DNA of 51,877 nt from Candidatus Taylorbacteria bacterium RIFCSPLOWO2_12_FULL_43_20 (GTDB lineage: Bacteria > Patescibacteriota > Minisyncoccia > Phycocordibacterales > HO2-43-120). This document shows, one piece after another, positions 29,023-39,200 of the stretch. The position numbers and the translations under genes were made by a program. The notes beneath the pieces are model-generated. The model saw only the letters and a program-made list of their open reading frames with translations, had not been told where the DNA came from and ran no database searches. The stretch covers positions 1-51,877 of the forward strand of contig MHSK01000024.1 in the NCBI GenBank assembly GCA_001821295.1, read 5' to 3'. How positions within the stretch are numbered: position 1 is the stretch's first letter; every line of letters starts with the position of its first letter.

Positions 29023-30498
29023 ATGCTTTTCAACTCTTTCCATTTTCTTATCTTTTTCCCAACGGTAGTCGCTTTATACTTTTTATTTCCCGCAAAATGG
29101 AGGAATGCGCTTCTTCTGGCGGCCAGCGCTTATTTCTACATGGCGCTTATTCCGAAATACATTTTGGTTCTTGTTTATCTGGTTATTATTGATTATATTG
29201 CGGGAATACTTCTTGAACGGTCGTCTGGCCGAAGAAAAAAAGTTTTTTTATACGCGAGTATTGTCTCCAACATCGGAGTTTTGTTCATTTTCAAATATTT
29301 TAATTTTTTTATTGATAATATCGCGACCGTCGCCGATATGCTTAATTTAAATTACAGCGCTCCGGTTCTTTATTTTATTTTACCGGTAGGTCTTTCTTTC
29401 CATACTTTTCAAAGTTTGAGTTATGTCATAGAGGTATATCGCGGCAACCAGAGGGCCGAGAGGAACTTTATCACCTATGCCGTATATGTAATGTTTTTTC
29501 CTCAACTTGTAGCCGGTCCGATAGAGCGCCCGGGACATCTTCTTCCCCAGTTCAAAGTATTTCATCGGTTTGATTGGGAACGGATTAAAAGCGGTTTGAG
29601 TCTCATGCTCTGGGGTTTTTTCAAAAAAATGGTCATAGCCGATAACGCGGCGCGCGTGGTCAACACCGTTTACGCCGATCCTCACTCATTTGGCGGTGCG
29701 CATTTTATCATAGCGACCGTGCTGTTTTCATTCCAGATATATTGTGATTTTTCCGGTTATTCCGACATAGCCATCGGAGGCGCCAGAGTTATAGGTTTTG
29801 ATCTGACAACGAATTTCAACAGACCTTACTTGTCAAGATCAATATCGGAATTTTGGCGCAGGTGGCACATGACTTTAATGTCATGGTTCAGAGATTACGT
29901 CTATATCCCGCTCGGAGGAAGTCGCGTGGGGTCTGCGCGGGCTCTATTCAACATATTAATTGTTTTTTTAATCAGCGGGCTTTGGCACGGAGCGGCTTGG
30001 ACGTTTGTCGTCTGGGGACTATTGAACGCCGCCTATGTAATTTTGGGGAAATTTACGCTGAACATTCGCCGGAGAGCGATGGCTCTTTCCGGTTTGGCCC
30101 GCGGATCAAAGACAAGCGATTTTTTAAGCATCTTCGCAACCTTTTCGCTCGTCACATTCTCTTGGATTTTTTTCAGGGCGGAAAGTATTGACGACGCTCT
30201 TTACATGGTTTCAAATCTTCTAAGCGGGATGGGAGAATTTCTCTCGGGCGTCTTTGCGGTTGAAACATTACGGCGGACCGCGAGCCCTCTCGGGGTCAGC
30301 GCGCCGTTCGTGGTTATGCTGACTTTATCTATCTGCGCCTTGATTTATGCTGAATATAAGTCTGGTTCCTCTGGCGTCTCGGAAATGATTGACGCCAAAA
30401 GCCGAAAAATCAGATATTCATTATATTACGCCTTAATACTCGCCTTAATGTTTTTCGCTTTTCAGGGAGATAGTCCGTTTATATATTTTCAATTTTGA
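29023..30498 (+). CDS. MBOAT O-acyltransferase (AlgI/PatA/DltB-like)
   Basis: LPVGLSFHTFQSLSY, FFPQLVAGPIER, DFSGYSDIAIG, FWRRWH, GLWHGA, terminal FIYFQF. Confidence 0.95.
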   Translation: MLFNSFHFLIFFPTVVALYFLFPAKWRNALLLAASAYFYMALIPKYILVLVYLVIIDYIAGILLERSSGRRKKVFLYASIVSNIGVLFIFKYFNFFIDNIATVADMLNLNYSAPVLYFILPVGLSFHTFQSLSYVIEVYRGNQRAERNFITYAVYVMFFPQLVAGPIERPGHLLPQFKVFHRFDWERIKSGLSLMLWGFFKKMVIADNAARVVNTVYADPHSFGGAHFIIATVLFSFQIYCDFSGYSDIAIGGARVIGFDLTTNFNRPYLSRSISEFWRRWHMTLMSWFRDYVYIPLGGSRVGSARALFNILIVFLISGLWHGAAWTFVVWGLLNAAYVILGKFTLNIRRRAMALSGLARGSKTSDFLSIFATFSLVTFSWIFFRAESIDDALYMVSNLLSGMGEFLSGVFAVETLRRTASPLGVSAPFVVMLTLSICALIYAEYKSGSSGVSEMIDAKSRKIRYSLYYALILALMFFAFQGDSPFIYFQF

Positions 30499-30500
30499 AC

Positions 30501-31637
30501 ATGAAAACCGCGACTAAAGAAATCTTTTTGTTTACTCTTCCGATTGCCATAGTTGTCTTGTTTCCTTTAATGGTTTTTTTTATATCAGGCGAGTTTTATT
30601 CATTGGAGAAAATTCAAAGCAGGATGCTTGAAGGAGAGCCGATTTTATATGGCAAAGCGTATATGGTAGATTCCGATCGTGATTTCAAGATACCTATGAT
30701 GCAGAGAATTACACCCGACATTATGACCCTGGGCAATTCACGGGTGCTGACATTCAGGCGGGAGTTTTTTGAAGAGGGAACGCGATTTTTTAATGGCGGC
30801 AGTCTTGTCGGCAATTTTAGTGATTTAGAGAAGGTTATAAATTTAGTGCCGAAAGATAGCCGGCCTAAAGTGGTTATTATAGGTCTTGATCTGCATTTAT
30901 TTCATCCGATCAATGACGACCTGTATAAAGGCGACGTAAAAATGGCAAATATTAATACAAAGCGGTCACTTCTAATAAGCGGACTTAGAAACAGCTATAG
31001 AGATTTGCTTTTGGGAAAATACAGTGTTTTTAAGATACTGAACGCCGGAGGGGATGGCGCTGTATCACCGGTCGGTTTGAAAGCCGTAATAAACAATGAC
31101 GGGTTTAGAAGTGACGGCAGTTATTATTACGGATATATCATGTCGGATCCCCAAAATCCCGAAAATGAGGATCATGAATTTAAAGACACATTTGCCAGGA
31201 TGAAAAAAGGGGATCAGCTTTTTTATCAAGGAAAAGAGATTTCCGAGCTTACGATTTCGGCGCTTGTTGATTTTCTTGATTTCGCGATGGAAAACAAGAT
31301 TCACGTTATTGGTTTTCATCCACCTTACGCGCCGACCATATACGACGCGCTCGCGGCTCGGAAAAATGATTTTGAGTACATGTTTAGAGTAAATGAAATT
31401 CTGGCACCGATTTTCCAGGGGTATGGTTTCTCTCTTTTTGATTACTCGGATATTCGATTTCTTGGCTCGTCTGACGAAGAGTTCGTAGACGGGTTCCATG
31501 GAGGAGAGAAAGCGTATGCACGAATTATCATGGATATGGCTGAAAAAGACAACTTGCTCAACCAGTACGTTGACATTGATGCTTTACGAAAAAAATTGGA
31601 CGTTTCAAAGACCGCATTAGAAATTTTTCCAAACTGA
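30501..31637 (+). CDS. membrane-anchored SGNH-like partner of the MBOAT (AlgJ/DltD-like)
   Basis: N-terminal TM, LGNSR (Ser block), DGFH (DxxH); 2 nt downstream of the MBOAT gene. Confidence 0.65.
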   Translation: MKTATKEIFLFTLPIAIVVLFPLMVFFISGEFYSLEKIQSRMLEGEPILYGKAYMVDSDRDFKIPMMQRITPDIMTLGNSRVLTFRREFFEEGTRFFNGGSLVGNFSDLEKVINLVPKDSRPKVVIIGLDLHLFHPINDDLYKGDVKMANINTKRSLLISGLRNSYRDLLLGKYSVFKILNAGGDGAVSPVGLKAVINNDGFRSDGSYYYGYIMSDPQNPENEDHEFKDTFARMKKGDQLFYQGKEISELTISALVDFLDFAMENKIHVIGFHPPYAPTIYDALAARKNDFEYMFRVNEILAPIFQGYGFSLFDYSDIRFLGSSDEEFVDGFHGGEKAYARIIMDMAEKDNLLNQYVDIDALRKKLDVSKTALEIFPN

Positions 31638-31663
31638 TCCAAAGGAAGATTCGGATCGCAAAT

Positions 31664-31691
31664 TTGACGGCTTCTATAATGTAATTATACT
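31664..31691 (+). promoter_or_regulatory. candidate sigma70 promoter for the kinase/cyclase module
   Basis: TTGACG (31664-31669)-N16-TATACT (31686-31691) in a 115-nt gap. Confidence 0.5.
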
Positions 31692-31752
31692 TTTTATTTC
31701 ATGATTTGTCAATATGCTTAAAAGGTCATGAGAGGGTATATTTAAACCTATT

Positions 31753-32742
31753 ATGGCTAATGAGAAGATTGCAGAATTTCTAAACAAATTGGGAATTCAA
31801 AAAATAAAGCAAATCAAGGCCTTCCCCAAAGGGAATATCAATGAATCTTATTTTGTGGATTCCGAACTTGGATCTTATGTTTTTCGAATTTATTTTCACA
31901 AGCAAAAAAAAGAGATTGAAGACGACCTTAAACTCTTACGCCGCTTGAAAGGAATACCTGTCCCTCGCCCCGAGGTTTTTAAAGGCGGAGAAATACATAA
32001 ATTAGGAGACAAGTGGGTTGTGCTGTTCAGTTTTTTACCCGGCGCGCATGCTAAAGATTTTGACATTAACTTGCTAAGCGAAGTCGGTAAATTTTTAGGA
32101 GTTTTTCATAAATTATCTAAGAAATCAAAATGGAGAGGCCCTAAAACAAAATTTTATGGCTTGACGAGATCCAAAATACATGAGATTAAACTGGTAATTG
32201 AAAAAACCGACATTCCTCATAAAAAATTTTTTCCAGAGATACTGGGAGAGCTTGAGATGAATTTGATAAGAAGGCGTCTGCCCGAGGGGCCCATACATAC
32301 AGATGTTAAACCCGAAAATGTTCTCTTTAAAGACGGTAAGTTATCCGGCGTTTTGGATTTTGACAACGCCTATGTCGGTCCGCTCATTTTAGATGTCTCC
32401 AAGTCAATGGCTTGGTTCGGATCTAAAAATAGAATGTTTGATATGAATAAGGCAATCCACATATATCACGGCTATCAGCATACTCGGCGCTTAACAGCGA
32501 TTGAAAAAGAGGAATTTTACAAAATGCTCCGTTTCGCATTTGTAAGCCATGTCTTTATGGATTATTATATGTATGCCACGGGTAAAATCTCCAGAAAATA
32601 TTTTGATTTTATAGTTAAAAATTTCTACGCGAGCTATAAACATTTCAAACAAACGCCTAAGGAGAGTTTTATGAAATTGCTGACCAGTATTTTACCGCCC
32701 ACTACCCACCGGGTTCCATTGAAACGGCGGAAAGGAAACTAG
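31753..32742 (+). CDS. APH/homoserine-kinase-type-II family phosphotransferase
   Basis: GNINESY, YVFRIY, IHTDVKPENVLF (HxDxxxxN), LDFD. Confidence 0.85.
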   Translation: MANEKIAEFLNKLGIQKIKQIKAFPKGNINESYFVDSELGSYVFRIYFHKQKKEIEDDLKLLRRLKGIPVPRPEVFKGGEIHKLGDKWVVLFSFLPGAHAKDFDINLLSEVGKFLGVFHKLSKKSKWRGPKTKFYGLTRSKIHEIKLVIEKTDIPHKKFFPEILGELEMNLIRRRLPEGPIHTDVKPENVLFKDGKLSGVLDFDNAYVGPLILDVSKSMAWFGSKNRMFDMNKAIHIYHGYQHTRRLTAIEKEEFYKMLRFAFVSHVFMDYYMYATGKISRKYFDFIVKNFYASYKHFKQTPKESFMKLLTSILPPTTHRVPLKRRKGN

Positions 32743-32779
32743 ATACTTAATCCTTTCTGTTTTTCGCATATTATCATTT

Positions 32780-33511
32780 ATGGTTTCTCTATCAATAAAA
32801 GAACTTCGTCATAAATTGCAAAGAACGGCTCCCGAAGGCGCGTCAGAAACCTATGTGGGAAAGAGCGTGCGTTTTTTTTCCATATATCTTACGAAGGCGG
32901 TTTCCGCCACACGCGCAACTCCCAATCAGATCACCTTTTTGGGCGTGCTCATATTTCTTTCGGGTGTATCGGTCTTTTTATTCCGATCCTACGCATTAAA
33001 TTTTCTTGGGGTTGCCCTGATTTACGTTTCTATTATTTTTGATGCCGCAGACGGAGAGGTTGCCCGTCTAAAAGGCAATCAAAGCGGCATAGGCGGCAGT
33101 TATGTTGAACCGCTGAGTCATGACTTCCAGTACGCGCTCATGTTTATTCCGCTCACTTTGTCAGTTTATATTTCCACGAGCGAGGTCGTGATTGTTTATG
33201 TCGGTTTCGCGGCAACCGTCTTCAAGCTATTGCATAGATTTCTGACTATAAGATTTGAGCACGTATTTATGATGAAAAACGGCACAAGCAGGGATGCAAT
33301 TGGCAGCGATGAAAAATATATTTCACTGCCGCACAAAATTTATAAATTTTTTAACAGAAATATATTCAGCTCCGTAGGGCTTCCCATACCGCTTCTGGTT
33401 TTTGTCATACTAGACAGGGTTGATTTGTTCATATGGTTTTTCGCTATTGGTTTTTTTGTCATATTCGCCGCTAATTTTGCTTATCAAATGAAATATATTA
33501 TTAAGCATTAG
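32780..33511 (+). CDS. CDP-alcohol phosphotransferase family membrane protein
   Basis: TPNQIT, DAADGEVAR..G...EPLSHD (variant of DxxDGxxAR..GxxxDxxxD); multiple TMs. Confidence 0.88.
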   Translation: MVSLSIKELRHKLQRTAPEGASETYVGKSVRFFSIYLTKAVSATRATPNQITFLGVLIFLSGVSVFLFRSYALNFLGVALIYVSIIFDAADGEVARLKGNQSGIGGSYVEPLSHDFQYALMFIPLTLSVYISTSEVVIVYVGFAATVFKLLHRFLTIRFEHVFMMKNGTSRDAIGSDEKYISLPHKIYKFFNRNIFSSVGLPIPLLVFVILDRVDLFIWFFAIGFFVIFAANFAYQMKYIIKH

Positions 33512-33550
33512 AAAGAGAATGTGCATATTTTAAATGGATAACTTAAATTG

Positions 33551-35395
33551 ATGAAAAAAGGAATTATCGTCATAGAACCAAAAACTCCGCGTCTCAATTA
33601 TTTAAGGACAGAACTGCCTTTCATATTGATCTATGGGAAGCCGCTAATCCATCATCACATAGAGAATCTTATTGACGCCGAGGTGTTTGACATTGTAATT
33701 GTAATTCCCAATACGCTGGAAAAAGATCTGCGCGGCCAACTCGGTGAATTTTTTCAGGAAAGAGCCAAAATAAAAGTAAGCATCTACTTGGGCGAGAATT
33801 ATTTTCTGGCTTTAAAAAATATTCTAGCGAACACGGAAGCCGATGATCACCATATTATTTTTACGGGGCTTATATCGGAAAAAAACCCGCACAAGTTTTT
33901 TCTGAAGAAAAAAAAGCTGGAATTACTTATTGACAAAAATTTATTGCATAACAAATTTTCAGGAGCGCGAAACAAAGTCAAGACCGGCCTATTCGGCATA
34001 AAAGAAATAGGACCCGACATCACCGGTTATAACGCTGAATTGCAAAGGGCGTATTACATGAACAAAGAAGGCGCTCAAGAAATAGCGCGGATAATGGATG
34101 GGAATCCCGATTCAACGCTTGAGAAAGCCATAATGGAATGGGGTTTGTCCAATAAGATTGGTATTTTGAATCACGGCAAGTATTTGTGGTATGAAATCAA
34201 CTCCCCGGAAACAGCTATCCGAGCCGAAATGCTTTTCAGGCGCAAGAAAGAAAACGCGCGCCCGACCGAAGTCAAAACAGACAGATTTATTTACCCAGAC
34301 ACTTCGCTTCATTTCAGGTATGAAAAATCCAGAGAGACACCCGTAATTATTGAACAAGGTATTCTTGACAGAATTGACACACTACGTCTTATGGACCGGG
34401 ATAGGACAGCATCTCACCACATTATGATCACGGATACGGTTGTGGACAGACTTGTGGGGAAAAAAGTGGAAGAAAAGTTAACAAAAGCAGGGTATTCCCT
34501 TACGAAAATCATAGCTCCGTCTGGTGAAGCCGCGAAAACAATGAATGTCTATCATGAGTTGTCAGAAAAAATCACCAGTATCGGAATAGACGAGCAGTCC
34601 GTCATATTTTCTTTGGGTGGAGGAGCTATAGCTAACCTTGCCGGTTTTCTCGCCGCCACTCTGTACAGGGGAATAGGGCTTATTCATATTCCCACATCAC
34701 TGATGTGCATGAATGATGTGGCCATAAGCTTAAAGCAAGGCATAAACAATCAAAAAGGCAAAAATCTGGTAGGCAGCTACTATCAGCCGTTGCTTGTTGT
34801 AATAGATCCTTCCGTTCCCATGAATGAAACCATCATCAGGCACGGAATGTCAGAGACGATAAAGCATGCTTTAGCAGAGGATGTCGCCTTTTTTGATTAT
34901 TTGCTATCATACAACGGTGATTTGAAGGATGTAAATTTTCTTGAAAAAATCATAAGGCACACGATTGAACTCAAAATAGGGCTTATGAATGACGATATGT
35001 TTGAAAACGCGAGGGCTATCATACTTCAATACGGGCATGAGGTGGGGCACGCTATAGAATATCTTTCACATTTTGGCTTGACTCACGGAGAAGCAATTTC
35101 AATCGGAATGAGAGTGTCGGCGGAAATTTCGCATCTTATGGGTGTCACTTCCGAGGATACTGTTTACGCACATAAAAAAATATTGGAACATTACAAACTG
35201 CCTTATATTATTCCTCAAACCATTGAAAAAAGAGCGATATTGGACGCTTTGCGATTCAATAAAAAAACAAGAGGTAATGACATTCGTTTTGCTTTACTGG
35301 AACATGTGGGTAAGATATGGAAGATAAAAGGTGAATACGGCATTCCTTGCCCCGTTGAAATTATAGAAGAGGCGATCAGAAGAAGTTATGAATAA
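33551..35395 (+). CDS. fusion: degenerate nucleotidyltransferase-like domain + sugar-phosphate cyclase (2-deoxy-scyllo-inosose synthase-like; DHQS superfamily)
   Basis: N-terminal GKPLIHHHIENL..DIVIVI and WYEINSPE; C-terminal SGEAAK, LGGGAIANLAG, RGIGLIHIPT, DVAISLKQGIN..GKNLVGSYYQP, ETIK, QYGHEVGHAIE, THGEA. Confidence 0.8.
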   Translation: MKKGIIVIEPKTPRLNYLRTELPFILIYGKPLIHHHIENLIDAEVFDIVIVIPNTLEKDLRGQLGEFFQERAKIKVSIYLGENYFLALKNILANTEADDHHIIFTGLISEKNPHKFFLKKKKLELLIDKNLLHNKFSGARNKVKTGLFGIKEIGPDITGYNAELQRAYYMNKEGAQEIARIMDGNPDSTLEKAIMEWGLSNKIGILNHGKYLWYEINSPETAIRAEMLFRRKKENARPTEVKTDRFIYPDTSLHFRYEKSRETPVIIEQGILDRIDTLRLMDRDRTASHHIMITDTVVDRLVGKKVEEKLTKAGYSLTKIIAPSGEAAKTMNVYHELSEKITSIGIDEQSVIFSLGGGAIANLAGFLAATLYRGIGLIHIPTSLMCMNDVAISLKQGINNQKGKNLVGSYYQPLLVVIDPSVPMNETIIRHGMSETIKHALAEDVAFFDYLLSYNGDLKDVNFLEKIIRHTIELKIGLMNDDMFENARAIILQYGHEVGHAIEYLSHFGLTHGEAISIGMRVSAEISHLMGVTSEDTVYAHKKILEHYKLPYIIPQTIEKRAILDALRFNKKTRGNDIRFALLEHVGKIWKIKGEYGIPCPVEIIEEAIRRSYE

Positions 35396-36143
35396 ATTTA
35401 CGGCGGTAATTTTAGCGGCGGGGATGGGGTCTCGGTTAAAACATCTCACAAAAGACCTGCCTAAGCCCCTTGTTGAAGTAGGAGGAAAATCTTTGATCTG
35501 GTACGCCATAAGTTGGGCTAAATCCTTAGGTGTGTCAAAAATCGTGGTGGTGGGAGGGTATAAATTTGAGCTTCTAAAAGAGGCGGTAAATTTAATTGAT
35601 TCATCCGTAGTGATGGTTGAAAATGAAGAATACGCTACGACGCAGAGAATGGTCAGTCTTCTTAAGGCCAGAGGAGAAGTTGAGGGCGGACTATATGTGC
35701 GCGACGCCGATTATATTTTTGACACCTCTCTTGCGAATAAATTCAAAAAATATTTTGATGGTACGGTTATTTTCGGCACGGGAAAGGACTCGGTTGGTGT
35801 CGGGCTGGACATGAAAGTCAAATTGGATGACGACGGGAACCTCCTGGACATGTCAAAAGAGCTCACGGATTATGATTATTTTTTCTGCACGCAAGTTTTT
35901 TCAGAAGAAAAAAAAGTTTCTATCCTGCTTCAAGCCGGAGAAGATCTCATAAAGGAAAAAGGGGACGGCATGGTGCATGTTGAGGACGCTCTTCTTAAAA
36001 TGGTAAAGGACGGCGAAACGGTGAGATTTATTGACGTGGGAGCTCCTAAGTGGGTTGAAATTGATACTATAGAGGAATATGAGCGAGCAAACGAGCTGGT
36101 AAGCAACAAAGGAGAAAATGTGGCTGTGGAACTATTGCAGTAA
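35388..36143 (+). CDS. phosphocholine/inositol-phosphate cytidylyltransferase-like NTP transferase (LicC/IPCT type)
   Basis: AVILAAGMGSRL..LTKDLPKPL, DADYIF, MKV, WVEIDT.EEY; overlaps the upstream gene. Confidence 0.85.
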   Translation: MNKFTAVILAAGMGSRLKHLTKDLPKPLVEVGGKSLIWYAISWAKSLGVSKIVVVGGYKFELLKEAVNLIDSSVVMVENEEYATTQRMVSLLKARGEVEGGLYVRDADYIFDTSLANKFKKYFDGTVIFGTGKDSVGVGLDMKVKLDDDGNLLDMSKELTDYDYFFCTQVFSEEKKVSILLQAGEDLIKEKGDGMVHVEDALLKMVKDGETVRFIDVGAPKWVEIDTIEEYERANELVSNKGENVAVELLQ

Positions 36144-36215
36144 ATCGTTCGTCATTCCAATCTTTGGTAACGTCATCGTTGTGAGACTTTCCGAAATTTA
36201 GTATAGTAGCGTTTT

Positions 36216-39200
36216 ATGAATAGATTAATAAACCACAAGATTGGTCAAATTTTTCGCAGTTTAAAAGATGGCAGACCGGCATGGCTATGGATTATAGGCA
36301 TATTTGCCGCCATTAACTTTTTCCTGACTATTTTTCTTGGTTATCTATTCTTAAATAATTATAATATCTGGTGGGTTATCAGCGCGGTTCCTCAAGCTCC
36401 GCGGCGGACGGTGCAGGCTGTAATTGATTGGGTTAAAGAAATACCCTACATTCCGTATCAGTTCATAGATGACGGTCTTCCTCGCTACGACATTGTGCTG
36501 ACAAAAGCTGATTATGAAGAGCTTTTGGAGAATCTGCCGCGCGACATCAGTCAGTTTTTGACTGATGAAAATAAAATAAAGAAAAGAGCTGTTTTTAGAC
36601 ATGGTAAAAAAGTCTACGAAGCGAAGGTGGGTTTCCGCGGCGATGGCTCTGGACACTGGTTTTGGCCGAAAAAATCTTGGAAGGTTAAGTTGGCTGACGG
36701 GAATTACATTGACGATATGAGGGAAATTAATTTTATTTTACCCGATGAGCGTCAGTATATTGTTGAGGCTTTTAATAATTATCGCACGCGTAAATTAGGA
36801 TTACCGTATCTCAAAGACGGATGGGGTGTGCTTTATGTAAATGGTGTCAAGCAAGGGGTATATTATATCTCTGAATCATGGGGAAGCGAATTTCTAGCCA
36901 GAAACTCTCTTAATGACAACGGAACTTTGTATGGAGACAAGTATCCGCCATCGCCCAAAGATCATTATTCCATTTATGGAAAGTTTGATGATATAGCTGA
37001 TTTTTGGAAAACATACACATCACAGCCAAAAGAACGTGAGGTTGGCGACGATGAGAATTTATCAGTTTCATCAAGCAATATACCTGACGTCAGCATAACT
37101 GCGTTATCTCAATTTTTTAAAGTCGTCAACTCTGAAGACGAGTATTTCAAAAAAAATATTTGGAATGTTGTAGACAAAGAAGATTTCTATAATTGGTATA
37201 TGCAATCTAAATTGTCCGGCAGTTATCATCAATACTGGATGAACAACGCTCGTATGTATTTTGATCCGGAGATTGGGAAAATGCGCGTCATTCCCGTGGA
37301 TGTGGGTATTTACACTGATGCTATTCCTTATTTTTTTCTTGGCACAAACTCGCTTGTTGACCGGTTGATTAAAAATCCGGATTTTATTACAGAAGTTGAG
37401 AGGCGGCTTTATAAATATGTCAGTGATGAGAAAAATCTTGAAGAAGATCTTGCTTATTATGATTCCTTGTACAAAAAAGTGAGAATTGCATTTTATCAGG
37501 ATCATTTGGATGAGAACACCGGCAAATCATTTGATAAGACGGTGGCGAGCGGCAGGGACGCAATTATTGCCAATTTTCACGCAATTTCAAAACATATAGA
37601 AAGTGCGGAAGTAGAAAACATCGTGACGCTGAATGCAGGGACGAATGGCAATTTATTTGAGGGCAAGAGAATCTTGGCTGAATTGCATGTTAAGGAAAAA
37701 AGCGCGGCGCCTATTGTCTTGCGTTCTTTATCTGTTCCGGCATTTTCTTCCGAGAACTCCCCGGAGCTTTATGAAGATGTTAATCTTAATGGATTTCTTG
37801 ACTCCACAGACCGAAAAGTGGGAGTTTTCTCGTTTTCAGCCGAAAAAAAAGAATGGGTTATTGGCAGTCTTAAAGAAGTTTTTAACCCATCTTTATCTTT
37901 GTTGAATAGCGATGAAATTAATAATATCGGCAATCTAGAATTCGCCAAAAAAGTTTACGAAATATCCGCAACTGAAAAAAAATATTTTATTGCCGCTGAA
38001 AATATTGCCGGCGAGCGATTCAAAATAAAGACATTTTTTGAAAACCTTATATCAAGTAAAGAAATTCAACCATTACGCGAAGTGTACGTGGATCAGTCTA
38101 TATTCGCGGATTTTGACGCGGTTTCGTATTCGCAGGACGAGTTTTTGGCGATGAACCCCATATTTTATAAGATAGATGACAATACTCTGGGCGTTGGTCC
38201 GGGAGTTTTTGATCTCGCTAATACGGTCGTAATTCCAAAGGGCCAGATCTTATCTGTCAGTTCGGGCACTACGTTGCGCTTTTCTCCAGGCGTGTCCTTT
38301 TTCTCTTATGGAAAAATCCTGGCGCGATCGTCATCAGGTAATTCAATACGATTTGTAAAATCCGGTAAAGACCCGTGGGGAGTTTTCGCTCTTATTGAGG
38401 CGCCTGGCACGAGCGTTTTTGACGGTGTTGTGTTTGAAGATGGGGGAACCGGGCTCATAAACGGCGCATATTTTTCTGGAATGCTAGCCGCTCACCACTC
38501 GGATATAATAGTGCGAAATTCCTTTTTTAAGGGGGCGACCGGTGATGATGCGCTTAACGTCAAGCACGCGAGTTCTTCCATTGTTTCCAATCAATTCACG
38601 GCCAATCAATTTGACGCTATAGATCTGGATTGGGGTAATTTTTCGTTTGTCAAAGACAACGTGTTTGAGCAAAATGGTGATGACGCGATTGATCTCGGAG
38701 GAGCGCAAGGTGTCGTCATAATGGATAATTTTATAAAAAAATCAGGTGATAAATGCATTAGTATTGGTGAAAAATCAGTCAGACCGTTGATTATTAATAA
38801 TATTCTATCGGGCTGTAAGATCGGAGTACAGGTTAAGGACGGGTCCGATCCGATTATAGCCAACAACATAATATATGGAAATGATATTGGCATAGATGCT
38901 TATGAAAAAAAGGGTATTTATGGAGGGGGTTATGCCGAGGTTTATAATTCTATTATTTGGGGAAATAAAGTATCGTTGTCAATGGATGAGTTTTCCACTA
39001 TTAAAGTCGTATCCAGTAATGTTGAGGGGGGGTGGCGGGGCGACGGTAATATCGCGGTTCCCCCTTCTTTTAAGGATGCTGACGGCGGTAACTTTACTAT
39101 AGGAAAAGGAAGTGATAGTATCTTATTGTTATTTCAAGAGGGAGGAGAGAGGTCTGTTTTGACAGACTATTTTGGATTAAATCTTGAAAAGATTCCTATA

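Noticed and set aside
33551-35395. aroB / shikimate pathway gene
   Set aside because: Lacks the AroB GGKT and RxxLNxGHT signatures, has an NTP-transferase-like fusion, and no other aro genes are nearby.
31753-35395. aminoglycoside antibiotic cluster or APH resistance gene
   Set aside because: DOI-synthase-like, DegT, GT4 and APH-fold genes are present, but the context is surface glycan (Wzx, Gtr, MBOAT, neuABC) with CDP-activation enzymes. The kinase resembles the homoserine-kinase-II branch, and no exporter or deacetylase was recognised.
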